This document shows positions 19,638 to 28,622 of a stretch of DNA of 64,000 nucleotides, piece after piece. The translations under genes were made by a program, and so were the position numbers. Source of the DNA: Gemmatimonadales bacterium (lineage in GTDB: Bacteria > Gemmatimonadota > Gemmatimonadetes > Gemmatimonadales > GWC2-71-9); assembly GCA_036002045.1 (NCBI GenBank), contig DASYTT010000037.1:39608-103607 (forward strand), written 5' to 3'. The notes beneath the pieces were generated by a model. That model was not told the DNA's origin, did no database searches, and saw only the letters and a program-made list of their open reading frames with translations. How positions within the stretch are numbered: position 1 is the stretch's first letter; every line of letters begins with the position of its first letter.

Positions 19638-20186
19638 ATGCTGCGAGAGGAGATTAACTACCGCATTGCGACGCCGGCGGACGCCCGGGACCTCGCGGGG
19701 TTTGGATCGGAATCCTTTATCGCCGCTTACGGGCACGCGCTCCGGCCGGGCGATCTGGCCCTCCACGTCACCCGAACCTACTCCGAGGAGCGGCAGTTAC
19801 AGGAGCTGATCGATCCGCGCGCCTGGACTGTGCTGGCTGAACGAGAAGCGGAGATCGTGGGAGCGGCGCTGCTGCGCTGGTCCTCGCCCCCCGCGGGCCT
19901 GGCCGCCGAACTTCGCTGGACGGAACTTGCCCGCTTCTATGTTGCGCGGTCCTATTGGCGGACCGGGACCTCTACCGATCTCATGATTGCGACCTTGAAG
20001 TCCATCCGGGATCGGGAGGGTCTGCTGGTCTGGCTGCAGGTGTGGGAAGCGGCCCTCCACGCCATCAGCTTCTATCGCAAGTGGGGTTTCTATGAGGTTG
20101 GCGAGGCACCCTTCAGGGTGGGCACGCTCGTGCAGCGCGATCTCGTCCTGGCGCGGAGCCTCCGTCACGGCTCGCCGGGCCTCTGA
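19638..20186 (+). CDS. GNAT-family N-acetyltransferase
   Basis: 182 aa. GNAT motif A/B region (FYVARSYWRTG..., AISFYRKWGF). Confidence 0.6.
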   Translation: MLREEINYRIATPADARDLAGFGSESFIAAYGHALRPGDLALHVTRTYSEERQLQELIDPRAWTVLAEREAEIVGAALLRWSSPPAGLAAELRWTELARFYVARSYWRTGTSTDLMIATLKSIRDREGLLVWLQVWEAALHAISFYRKWGFYEVGEAPFRVGTLVQRDLVLARSLRHGSPGL

Positions 20187-20215
20187 CTCCTGAACCCTGA
20201 GCCTATATTTGCCGC

Positions 20216-21436
20216 ATGGACGACACGCTCTACTTCACGGAGCACCATCACCAGGTGCGCGAAATGGTTCGCGAGTTCGCGGCCGAGCATGTCGCACCCG
20301 TTGCCCGGGAGCTGGACCGGACCTGCACGTTTCCCTGGGAGAATATTCGCCGGATGGGAGAGCTCGGCCTGCTCGGCGTGCCCTGGCCCGAGGAGTTCGG
20401 CGGGGCCGGTATGGATCAGCTCTCCTATTACATCGTGATTCACGAGATGGCCAAGGTCGACGCGTCGCATGCGCTTACTATCAGCGCCCACACCAACCTC
20501 GGGACCTCTCCGCTGGTCGAATTCGGCACCGACGCTCAGCGGCGTACCTACGTCCCGCTGCTTGCCTCAGGCCGCGTCATGGGCGGTTTCGGGCTGACTG
20601 AGCCAGGGGCCGGCAGCGACGCAGGTGGCACCGCTACGACGGCGGTGGAGCGGGGCGATCATTTCGTGCTCAACGGCTCGAAGAGCCTGATCACCCACGC
20701 CGGCGTCGGCGAGATCTTCTCCGTCACCGCGCGCACCGACCCCGGCCCCGGACACCGGGGCATCACGAGTTTCATCGTCACCAAGGACACCGTCGATCTC
20801 GACCTCTGCCGCGCTCTGGGCATCGGGCACGCCGAAGAGCTCCCCAAGATTGCGGGCGTCTCGGCGGGAAAGAAGGAGGAGAAAATGGGCTGGCGCGCCA
20901 GCGATACCCGCCAGCTCCACTTTCAGGATGCGCGGGTGCCCAAGGAGAACATGCTCGGCGCGCGCGGTGAAGGCTTCGTCAATTTTCTGAAGACGCTCGA
21001 TGCGGGGCGGATCGGAATCGCGGCGCTCTCGCTCGGCATCGCAGAGGGCGCCTTCGAAGCGGCGCGCGAGTACGCCGGAACGCGAAAGCAATTCGGCCGC
21101 TACATCGGCAGCTTCCAGGGGGTTTCTTTTCAGCTGGCCGACATGGCCATGGAAATCGAAGCGGGGAGCCATCTGCTTTACCAGGCCGCCCGGCTCAAGC
21201 AGGCAGGGAAGCCGCACAAGAAAGAAGCCGCGATGGCCAAGCTCTATTGCTCTGAGCTTGCCATGCGAACCACGACCAAAGCGGTCCAGATCTTCGGTGG
21301 TTACGGCTATACGGCCGAGTACCCGGTCGAGCGCATGATGCGAGATGCCAAGGTGTGCGAGATCGGCGAGGGCACCAGCGAGATCCAGCGGATCGTGATC
21401 GGCCGGCAGATTCTGGGGAACATCGTGGAGGGCTGA
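20216..21436 (+). CDS. Acyl-CoA dehydrogenase
   Basis: ACAD blocks GLTEPGAGSD and YAGTRKQFG, plus the C-terminal QIFGGYGYTAEYPVERMMRDAKVCEIGEGTSEIQR. Confidence 0.85.
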   Translation: MDDTLYFTEHHHQVREMVREFAAEHVAPVARELDRTCTFPWENIRRMGELGLLGVPWPEEFGGAGMDQLSYYIVIHEMAKVDASHALTISAHTNLGTSPLVEFGTDAQRRTYVPLLASGRVMGGFGLTEPGAGSDAGGTATTAVERGDHFVLNGSKSLITHAGVGEIFSVTARTDPGPGHRGITSFIVTKDTVDLDLCRALGIGHAEELPKIAGVSAGKKEEKMGWRASDTRQLHFQDARVPKENMLGARGEGFVNFLKTLDAGRIGIAALSLGIAEGAFEAAREYAGTRKQFGRYIGSFQGVSFQLADMAMEIEAGSHLLYQAARLKQAGKPHKKEAAMAKLYCSELAMRTTTKAVQIFGGYGYTAEYPVERMMRDAKVCEIGEGTSEIQRIVIGRQILGNIVEG

Positions 21437-21445
21437 CGAGCTCCC

Positions 21446-21865
21446 ATGGCTGCGCGCTTCTCGCCCGCGATCGTCCGCGCGCTCGACCAGGGCAAGATCC
21501 TCGGCATCCGCGCGGGTTCCGAGCCCCATCGCTTCATCGGCATCTGGGTCGTCGTCGTCGAGGGCAGGGTATTCGTGCGCTCCTGGGACCGAAAGCCGCA
21601 GGGATGGTATCACACTTTCGGCCGCGACCGGAGCGGGGTCATTCAGGTCGGAAAGCGTCAGCTCGACATTCGCGCCAGCCCGACGCGAAGTGAGCGGCTG
21701 AGGGATCTGGTGGACCAGGCCTACCGGAACAAGTACAACACCCCGGGGTCGCTCAAGTACGTGCGCGGGTTCGCGCGGGCCGCTCGCCGTGACACCACCA
21801 CCGAGCTCTTGCCAGCGTCTCGGGTCAGACTCGCCCGGGGGACACGGCATCCCCGGACCCACTAG
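21446..21865 (+). CDS. Small conserved protein, probably DUF2255 family
   Basis: 139 aa. The pattern IWVVVVEGRVFVRS...GWY...AYRNKY resembles DUF2255 proteins as I remember them. No catalytic motif was recognised. Confidence 0.4.
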   Translation: MAARFSPAIVRALDQGKILGIRAGSEPHRFIGIWVVVVEGRVFVRSWDRKPQGWYHTFGRDRSGVIQVGKRQLDIRASPTRSERLRDLVDQAYRNKYNTPGSLKYVRGFARAARRDTTTELLPASRVRLARGTRHPRTH

Positions 21866-22282
21866 TGTTAACTGCCTGCATTTCTTACATTTATCGCATG
21901 CGACTAGAGCGGTACCTGAAGTCTTTTGCTCTCGCCGGGCCCTTGGATAGGGGCTCTGGCCTCGCATCGGTGAATTCAGCACACCCGGATACCGTCCGGA
22001 TTTCGCGCGTCAGGAGGGTGCAGCATCCCAACCGACCGCCAGAGCCCACCGAACGACCCTTGCTGCCTCCGACAGGACCCGGCCTGATGACGCCGGCCCC
22101 TGCCCGAGCTGGCGAGCGGCGCGGTGCTGCCTCCCGGCGTTCGCCTTCCAGCGGCCAGGGCCCCCGGCGGGGCAAGGGCCTCGCAACGCGCTCCGGAGGA
22201 TCCGATTCTCTCAACGTGTCTGGTGCGGACGCCCCATTTCGCGAGCCGAAACGCGGCGCCGCTCCGACCAGGGAACGGATTT

Positions 22283-23950
22283 GTGAAGCGCGAGATTCTT
22301 ATCAATGGCGGTCCCCGGGAAACCCGGGTCGCCATCCTCGAGGACGATCGACTCGTCGAGCTGCTGGTTGACCGTGCCGATCATCGGCGGATGGTCGGCG
22401 ACATCTATCTGGGCCGGGTCGAGGCGGTCCTCCCCGGTATTCAGGCCGCGTTTGTAGACATCGGCCACGAGAAGAGCGCCTTTCTCCATGCGTCGGATCT
22501 GCTCGAGCCCGACGAAGACGAAGAGCCGGGTGAGAGCGACGAGGCCGATAACGACCAGCCGGAGGATGCCGCGAGCGCGGAATTAGCCGACGCCGCGGCC
22601 GCTGCACCCTCCGTTGAGCGCCGCAAGACCCGCCGCGGCAACGGCGATGGCCAGCGTCCTTCAGGCGAACACCGGCAGCGCGAAGTCTCCTCCCGTCGCC
22701 AGCTTCCCGATATCGCGGAAATCCTCAAGAAGGGTCAAACCCTGCCGGTTCAGGTCACCAAGGAGCCGATCAGCACCAAAGGCAGCCGGGTCACCGCGCA
22801 GATCTCCCTGCCCGGGCGTTTTCTGGTGTTCATGCCCTACGCGTCGCGCGTGGGGGTCAGCCGAAAAATCGAGAGCCGGGAGCAACGCGCGAAACTGCGG
22901 GAGATGGTCAGCCGGCTGCTCCCCGAAGACGCCGGTGGCGTGATCGTCCGCACCGTAGCGGAAGGAGTGACCGAGGAGCACTTCAAGCGGGAGATCGATG
23001 CGCTGCTCAGCCAGTGGCGCAAGATCAAGCGCAAGCAGCTCTACACGCGGAAAGCCCCGGCGCTGCTGCAGCGGGAGGCCTCGCTCACCCGCGGCCTGAT
23101 CCGTGATGTCTTCAGCGACAAGGTGGACGCGCTGCAGGTAGACTCCAAAGAGATCTTCAGCGAAATCGAGCAGTATCTCGAGGGAGTCGATCCGGAGCTC
23201 AAGAGCCGGGTTCACCTCTACCGCGAGCCGCTCCCGCTGTTCGACAAATACGACATCGAAACCGAGATCAAGAATCTCTTCAAAGCCCGCGTGGATCTGG
23301 CCACCGGCGGTTCCCTGGTGATCCAGCCAACCGAAGCCCTGGTCTCGATCGACGTGAACACGGGCCGCTATACCGGCAAGAAGGATCCCGAGAAGACCAT
23401 CCTTCGGACCAACCTCGAAGCGGCGCGAGAGATCGCCCGTCAGCTCCGGCTCCGCGATCTCGGCGGCATCATCGTGTGCGATTTCATCGACATGGAGACT
23501 CGCAGCAATCGGGATCGCGTCCTGCAGGAGCTGCGGACCCATCTGGGCCGCGATCGAGCCCGTACCAAGGCGATGGCGGTGTCCGATCTCGGTCTCGTGG
23601 AGATGACTCGCCAGCGAGTGCGCTCGTCGCTCTACGCTTCCATGACTACGGAATGTCCGACCTGCAGCGGCTCGGGACGGGTGTTTCGGCCCGAGGTCGT
23701 TGCCCGGCGGCTGGAGCGCTCGCTTTACCGGGTCGGGCATGAGCGGCGCGAGAAGGCGCTGGGGATTCGGCTGCACCCTGAAGTCGCCCTCTACCTGCTG
23801 GAGGAGGAACCCAAGCTGCTGGGCACGGTGGCGAAGTCGATCGGGGTCGAGCTGGAGATCCGCGACGACCCGATGATGCACCTCGACGAGTTCCGCTTGA
23901 TGAGCCGGCCGGCCGGGCGCGATGTGACGGAGCAGTACGCCGTGGCCTAG
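22283..23950 (+). CDS. rng: Ribonuclease G/E family endoribonuclease
   Basis: S1 domain (GDIYLGRVEAVLPGIQAAFVDIG), DNase-I-like and Zn-link blocks (SIDVNTG, IIVCDFIDM) and the CPxCxGxG motif (CPTCSGSG). Start moved to GTG 22283 (VKREILING). Confidence 0.85.
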   Translation: MKREILINGGPRETRVAILEDDRLVELLVDRADHRRMVGDIYLGRVEAVLPGIQAAFVDIGHEKSAFLHASDLLEPDEDEEPGESDEADNDQPEDAASAELADAAAAAPSVERRKTRRGNGDGQRPSGEHRQREVSSRRQLPDIAEILKKGQTLPVQVTKEPISTKGSRVTAQISLPGRFLVFMPYASRVGVSRKIESREQRAKLREMVSRLLPEDAGGVIVRTVAEGVTEEHFKREIDALLSQWRKIKRKQLYTRKAPALLQREASLTRGLIRDVFSDKVDALQVDSKEIFSEIEQYLEGVDPELKSRVHLYREPLPLFDKYDIETEIKNLFKARVDLATGGSLVIQPTEALVSIDVNTGRYTGKKDPEKTILRTNLEAAREIARQLRLRDLGGIIVCDFIDMETRSNRDRVLQELRTHLGRDRARTKAMAVSDLGLVEMTRQRVRSSLYASMTTECPTCSGSGRVFRPEVVARRLERSLYRVGHERREKALGIRLHPEVALYLLEEEPKLLGTVAKSIGVELEIRDDPMMHLDEFRLMSRPAGRDVTEQYAVA

Positions 23951-23964
23951 GGCTGCTCGAGCTC

Positions 23965-23993
23965 TTGTCCCAAGCTGCCATCCCCGTTATACT
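23965..23993 (+). promoter_or_regulatory. Candidate sigma70 promoter for rplU-rpmA (TTGTCC-17 nt-TATACT)
   Basis: -35 TTGTCC at 23965-23970, a 17-nt spacer, and -10 TATACT at 23988-23993, about 33 nt upstream of ATG 24027. Confidence 0.45.
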
Positions 23994-24026
23994 TGCGGGC
24001 TCTTAACCAGCACGGAATCTCACCAC

Positions 24027-24356
24027 ATGTATGCCATTATCCGCTCCGGCGGCAAGCAGTTCAAAGCCGAGAAGGGAAAGACCCTCCGGCTCCCCCGGAT
24101 GGATGCCGAGCCGGGCTCGAAGCTCACCTTCGACGACGTCCTGCTCACTTCGGATGGCGACAAGGTGGTTACTGGGGCGCCGACGGTGAAGGGTGCGACC
24201 GTGACCGGAGAAGTGGTCGGCGAAGCGAAGGGCGAGAAGATCTACGTGTTCAAGTTCAAGCGCCGGAAGAATTACCGCCGGAAGACCGGGCACCGGGCCA
24301 AGTTCACCGAGGTCCGCATCACTGGGGTCAAGCTACGCGAGTCGAAGGGCAGCTGA
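24027..24356 (+). CDS. rplU: 50S ribosomal protein L21
   Basis: [13 protein letters not shown]... is the canonical L21 N-terminus. Adjacent to rpmA. Confidence 0.95.
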   Translation: MYAIIRSGGKQFKAEKGKTLRLPRMDAEPGSKLTFDDVLLTSDGDKVVTGAPTVKGATVTGEVVGEAKGEKIYVFKFKRRKNYRRKTGHRAKFTEVRITGVKLRESKGS

Positions 24357-24360
24357 TCAT

Positions 24361-24624
24361 ATGGCTCATAAGAAGGGCGTCGGCTCGTCCAAGAACGGCC
24401 GCACCAGCAATCCCCAGTACCTGGGCCTCAAGAAGTTCGGCGGCGAGCGCGTGCTCGCCGGCAACATCATCATGCGCCAGCGGGGGACCAAGTTTCACGC
24501 CGGCAAAAACGTCCGTCGCGCCAACGACGACACGCTCTTCGCCCTGATCGATGGAGTGGTCGCGTTCGAGTGGAAAGACAAAGGCCGCCAGAAGATCTCA
24601 GTGTATCCGGAGGCGGCAGTGTAG
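24361..24624 (+). CDS. rpmA: 50S ribosomal protein L27
   Basis: [14 protein letters not shown]...[10 protein letters not shown] is canonical L27. Confidence 0.95.
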   Translation: MAHKKGVGSSKNGRTSNPQYLGLKKFGGERVLAGNIIMRQRGTKFHAGKNVRRANDDTLFALIDGVVAFEWKDKGRQKISVYPEAAV

Positions 24625-24716
24625 GGGTTGGGGGTTGGGGATAGGGATCGGGGACTCCAAAGGGGTCCCCTTTTTTGCGCCGCTGCGTTTCCCAACCCTA
24701 ACCCCTGACCCCCAGG
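24624..24716. repeat. G-rich/C-rich repeat-array hairpin, element D, enclosing the rpmA terminator
   Basis: Left arm GGGGTTG GGGGTTG GGGATAG GGATCGG starts at the last base of stop TAG 24622-24624. Right arm is CCCAACC CTAACCC CTGACCC CC at 24691-24713. The arms are imperfectly complementary. Confidence 0.75.
24650..24676 (+). terminator. Rho-independent terminator of rplU-rpmA
   Basis: GGGGACTCC-AAA-GGGGTCCCC (9 bp, one G.U) followed by TTTTTT at 24671-24676. Confidence 0.8.
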
Positions 24717-24781
24717 CCCTAATACATTGAAACCTTCACGGCGAGGGACCCGTCATTTCGGCACACCTGAGTGAGGAAACC

Positions 24782-25147
24782 ATGAGTTCGATAATCGACC
24801 GCCTCAACGCGGAGCTGGACCAGCTGGGCGACAAGGTCCGCACCGCATTCGAGTCGAGCAAGCTCCATCTGGAGCGCAGCCGACTGATCGGGGTTCGCAG
24901 CAAGCTCGCCTACAAGCTCGGTATGGCGACGTACAAGAAGGAGCGGGGCGGGGAAGTGAACCAGGCAGAAATCGACGCCCTCTACGCGCGCATGGACGAT
25001 ATCGCGGCGCAACTCGCCAAGCTTGATCGCGAGATCGACGCCGTGCACGCCGAGACCGTACGCGTCGATGAACAGCCGGCTCCCGCAGCCGATACCGCGG
25101 AAGCCGAGGTCAGCAAGCCGGCTGAGCAGACCGCTACCGGCAACTAG
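24782..25147 (+). CDS. Hypothetical coiled-coil protein
   Basis: 121 aa. GAGGAAACC sits before the ATG. Heptad-like, charged sequence with a low-complexity acidic/Ala tail. No family recognised. Confidence 0.5.
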   Translation: MSSIIDRLNAELDQLGDKVRTAFESSKLHLERSRLIGVRSKLAYKLGMATYKKERGGEVNQAEIDALYARMDDIAAQLAKLDREIDAVHAETVRVDEQPAPAADTAEAEVSKPAEQTATGN

Positions 25148-25160
25148 CAAATTGGGACCG

Positions 25161-25178
25161 GGGAGCCGGCCGGCTCCC
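25161..25178. terminator. Perfect 18-nt palindrome between convergent genes; possible bidirectional terminator
   Basis: GGGAGCCGGCCGGCTCCC is self-complementary. It lies between the stops of 24782..25147 (+) and 25190..27295 (-). There is no clear T-tract. Confidence 0.4.
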
Positions 25179-25189
25179 TGGCTTCCGAG

Positions 25190-27295
25190 CTACCTGCTTA
25201 CCAGCGCCCCTACCAGCTCGTCCGCTATCCGGTCCGCGCCAAAGACTTTTCGCAGGGTCTCCGTCAGCCCTCGGCTGTGTACGCTGACGGAGCGGGCCAC
25301 CTCGTCCGTAAAGATGAATCGGTTGGGCAACGACTCGATGTTCCCATCGAAGATCAACCCGACTACCTCGCCCTTCCGGTTAACGACCGGACTTCCGGAA
25401 TTGCCGCCGATGATGTCGTTGGTCGAGACGAAATTGAGAGGCGTGGCCAGATCGAGCTTGTCCCGGGCCGTCTTCCAGCGCGGCGCGAGCTGGAAGGGCG
25501 GCTGGTCGTCGAACTCCGCCGAGCGGGCATAGAGTCCGAACAAGCTCGTCTTATAGGGTGCGATGGTCCCATTCATGGGGTAGCCCTTCACCACTCCGTC
25601 GGAGATCCGCAGCGTAAAGGTGGCGTCGGGAGGGAGCGAAGTTCCGTACGCGTCGAAGATCGCCTGGCCGATCAGCTCGGCATTCGCCGAGATCGTCGCG
25701 TTGAGCTGTGCGGCCCGGAGGGCGTGCCGGGTGGCCACCGGATTGATGGTTCGGGCCAGTACGATCATCGGATCGGTTGAGGCGGCGATAGCCGCTGCGC
25801 CGCCTTCGAGCAGAGCCTTGCGCGCTTCCAGCGAGCCCAGCTTGCTCCCGCTCACCAGCGCCTCGGCGGCGACCTCGGGACTTCGCCCGCCCAGAGCGGC
25901 CTGCAGGAAGGGGTCGGTCGGCGGCAGCGCTTTCTGGGCCAGGCGAAGCTGGGCCGCGAGCAGCAGCTTCTCGGCCTCGAGGTTCATCGGCTGATTCCGG
26001 AGCAGCGCAGCCCGAATGCGCTCGAGCCCCTCACCCTGGAACGCGGGGAGTCGGGCCTCGCCGACGAGCTTGCTCTGCTCCGGCAGGCGCACGAGGTTCC
26101 CCGCCATCCCGAGCAGCGCGGACCCCCCGAAGCCCTGGAAGCGAGCCTGCTTGGCGAAAGCGGTAAGCTCTCGCTGGGCCACTTCGATGCTGGTCCAGGC
26201 GCGGCCATACTTAGCGTTGAGGGCCGGCTTCGCGGCGATTCGGGCGCGGAAATCCCGCTCGAACGCCCGTTTACGCCCCATGATGGTCGAGTCCAGCAAG
26301 CCGCTTCGATAGCCGCGCACTGCCTTCTGGCTGTTCTCCAGACTGAAGATCTGATCCGCGAAGCGGCGCCGAGCCGCTTCGCTGGCCTTGGAGAGCTCCT
26401 TGTACGCGTCGAGCTGGATCGCATAGTTCTCCAGCGCCACGGGATAGGTCACGTCCCGCAGGTACGCCATCTGTGCCAGGGTGAGCAGCCTCCCGGTGGA
26501 GCCAGGATTTCCCACGACAAACACCGGCTCGCCCTCCCCCGCGCCCGCTTCGCTCCATTTCAGGAAGTGCGCGGGCTTGAGGGGTGCGTCATTCTCGTAG
26601 ATGCGTACCAGCGAAAGGTCGAGATCGAACCGGGGGAAGGTGAAGTTGTCGGGGTCTCCACCGAAGAAACTGGCGCTCTCCTCGGGCGCCAGCACCAGCC
26701 GGAGGTCGTTGTAGCGGCGATAGCGGTACAGCGAATAGCGGCCGCCCTGATAGAAGGTGACGACCTGGCAGAGTAACCCGCTGCTCTGGCTGCATTCCGC
26801 TTCGATCCGTCCAATGGCCGAGTCCCGCTGCGCAACCCTGCGGGCGGACGTCGTCCCGCTCACCGCGCCCCGGAGCTTCGCCGTGACGTCTTCGATGGAT
26901 TGGAGCTGATCCGCCGTCATCCCGGGGCACTTGCGCTCATCGCGCTCCGACTGGGCGACGAACCCGAGCGCCTGGTAATTGCTGTCCGGGGTGGAGACCG
27001 CGGTGATGCAGCTGCGGGCGCAGTGGTGGTTGGTCATCACGAGCCCGCGATCCGAGACGATCGAGGCCGAGCACCCGGGAATCCGTACCGCCGATAGCCG
27101 CACGTGCTCCAGCCAGGCCGGATCGGCTTCGAAGCCATACTGGGCCTTCCAGTATGCCAGAGGCGGAGCATCGAAGGTCCACATCGTGCCGAATTCCTTG
27201 ACGAAGCCGGCCGGAGGCGCCTGCGTTTTCACCTGTGCAACGGCGCTCGGGAGCGCAACGAGCGACACCAGCAGCAGGTTCCGGATCAGTTTCAT
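25190..27295 (-). CDS. S46-family dipeptidyl-peptidase (DPP7/DPP11-like), secreted
   Basis: CSASIVSDRGLVMTNHHC and GGNSGSPVVNRKGEVVGLIFDGN are S46 His and Ser blocks. Start moved to ATG 27295 (MKLIRNLLLVSLVALPSAVAQ signal peptide); GAGGA lies upstream. Confidence 0.8.
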   Translation of the reverse strand: MKLIRNLLLVSLVALPSAVAQVKTQAPPAGFVKEFGTMWTFDAPPLAYWKAQYGFEADPAWLEHVRLSAVRIPGCSASIVSDRGLVMTNHHCARSCITAVSTPDSNYQALGFVAQSERDERKCPGMTADQLQSIEDVTAKLRGAVSGTTSARRVAQRDSAIGRIEAECSQSSGLLCQVVTFYQGGRYSLYRYRRYNDLRLVLAPEESASFFGGDPDNFTFPRFDLDLSLVRIYENDAPLKPAHFLKWSEAGAGEGEPVFVVGNPGSTGRLLTLAQMAYLRDVTYPVALENYAIQLDAYKELSKASEAARRRFADQIFSLENSQKAVRGYRSGLLDSTIMGRKRAFERDFRARIAAKPALNAKYGRAWTSIEVAQRELTAFAKQARFQGFGGSALLGMAGNLVRLPEQSKLVGEARLPAFQGEGLERIRAALLRNQPMNLEAEKLLLAAQLRLAQKALPPTDPFLQAALGGRSPEVAAEALVSGSKLGSLEARKALLEGGAAAIAASTDPMIVLARTINPVATRHALRAAQLNATISANAELIGQAIFDAYGTSLPPDATFTLRISDGVVKGYPMNGTIAPYKTSLFGLYARSAEFDDQPPFQLAPRWKTARDKLDLATPLNFVSTNDIIGGNSGSPVVNRKGEVVGLIFDGNIESLPNRFIFTDEVARSVSVHSRGLTETLRKVFGADRIADELVGALVSR

Positions 27296-27338
27296 GGGAT
27301 TCGCAATCCTCGTTTCTAGCTGATGGCTGATGGCCTTC

Positions 27339-28622
27339 CTAGGGCTCTCGTGGGGGCAGGGTGCGGTACTTGTCTCTGAGCTCCGTCTCCCGCGTCGCCA
27401 GGGAGGTGAGCTGCCCCCTGATGTAGACCCGCTCGGCGGCGCTCTTGAAATCGAACGGGTCGCCGGACCAGACGACGAGGTTGGCCACCTTGCCCGGCTC
27501 GAGCGTGCCATAGTCGGCCAAACCGAAGGCGGCAGCCGGTGCCGCCGTGATGGCCGCGAGGGCATCGTCCCAGCTCAAGCCGTTGCGCACGGCGTTACCG
27601 GCGGCGTAGCGAAGATTCCGCTCGCCTCCCGGATCGCCCTGGGCAATGATGACCTTGACGCCCGCTTCGCGCAGCAGGGTGACGTTGTCGAGCCGCGCAC
27701 CCAGCCCATCGAAGCTGGGAATGTCCTGAAGCGGCTCGAGCGCGACCGGAATTCCCGCCGCGGCAAGCTGCCTTGCCAGCTGCCAACCCTCGACGGCACC
27801 GAACAACACCGTGCGGAGCTTGTACTCCCGCGTGAGGCGCAGCGCGTTCTCGATGTCCATGCGACGGTTGGCCGCGATCGCGATGGTCTGCTCGCCGCGG
27901 AGCACCGGCAACAGGGCTTCGAGCTCTTTGGCCGGAGCCGAGAGCGACTGCATCGCGGCGCGCTGAAAGTCCGCCTTGCGGCGCGAGTATTCGAGCGCAT
28001 CGTCGAACAGCCTCCGGACTCGCGCCATGACGCCGGCGCGGCTGCCGCCTCCCGCCTCCCGAGAGCCACTGGAAAGGTCGAGCCCGATGGCGGCATTACG
28101 GCGGATGAGCATGTCTTCAATCCGCTCGCCGGCATAGTCCACGGCCGGTGCCTGCCCGGGGAAGAACGCCCCACCGGGCACCAGGATCGCGCTGGTGATC
28201 CCTCCGGTCCGGGCGATGGGAATCGTGAATGCGGCGGGGTCTACTGCCTCGATGGGGTTGAAGGAGGGATTCACCTCTCCGCGCACGGCACCCTCGCCTA
28301 ACCCGTTGAGACCAGCGACCCCCAGCCCCGCGTTCGCATTGGCGTGGATCAGACCGGGTGTCACCCACTTCCCGCTCGCGTCCACCCGTACCGCCCCGGA
28401 GGGAATCGTCAGGTTCGTCCCCACGGCGACAATCCGTCCGTTGCGGATGAGCACCGTTGCATTGGAGAGCCTGGGCCCGGACACCGGGTAGACCGTGCCC
28501 CCGGTGATCGCGATGGTCTGAGCCCGAAGAGTCGCCGGCAGCAGGCACGCCAGCGCGAGGAAAGTGACGATCGTGGTGGCACGGGCCACCCGATAGCTGA
28601 TAGCCGATCGCTGATGGCTCAT
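27339..28622 (-). CDS. Amidohydrolase-superfamily protein, probably non-catalytic paralog, secreted
   Basis: Amidohydrolase fold by similarity to its neighbour, but the metal ligands are replaced (PGLIHANANAG where the neighbour has PGIIDTHSHLG; VIIAQGDPGG versus VIHTDSPDG). Start at ATG 28622, an ATGA overlap with the upstream gene. Has a signal peptide. Confidence 0.7.
   Translation of the reverse strand: MSHQRSAISYRVARATTIVTFLALACLLPATLRAQTIAITGGTVYPVSGPRLSNATVLIRNGRIVAVGTNLTIPSGAVRVDASGKWVTPGLIHANANAGLGVAGLNGLGEGAVRGEVNPSFNPIEAVDPAAFTIPIARTGGITSAILVPGGAFFPGQAPAVDYAGERIEDMLIRRNAAIGLDLSSGSREAGGGSRAGVMARVRRLFDDALEYSRRKADFQRAAMQSLSAPAKELEALLPVLRGEQTIAIAANRRMDIENALRLTREYKLRTVLFGAVEGWQLARQLAAAGIPVALEPLQDIPSFDGLGARLDNVTLLREAGVKVIIAQGDPGGERNLRYAAGNAVRNGLSWDDALAAITAAPAAAFGLADYGTLEPGKVANLVVWSGDPFDFKSAAERVYIRGQLTSLATRETELRDKYRTLPPREP

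Noticed and set aside
21866-22282. Known structured RNAs (RNase P RNA, tmRNA, SRP/4.5S, 6S) in the long gap before rng
   Set aside because: I could not find the diagnostic conserved strings: GGAAAGUCCGGGC for RNase P, the tRNA-like ends for tmRNA, or GGUCCGGAAGGAAGCAGC-type for SRP. The region is kept only as a candidate 5' leader.
24691-24713. Telomere-like CCCTAA/CCCAACC sequence
   Set aside because: There are only about three imperfect units, in the interior of a chromosome between housekeeping genes. It is the complement arm of the GGGGTTG array around the rpmA terminator.
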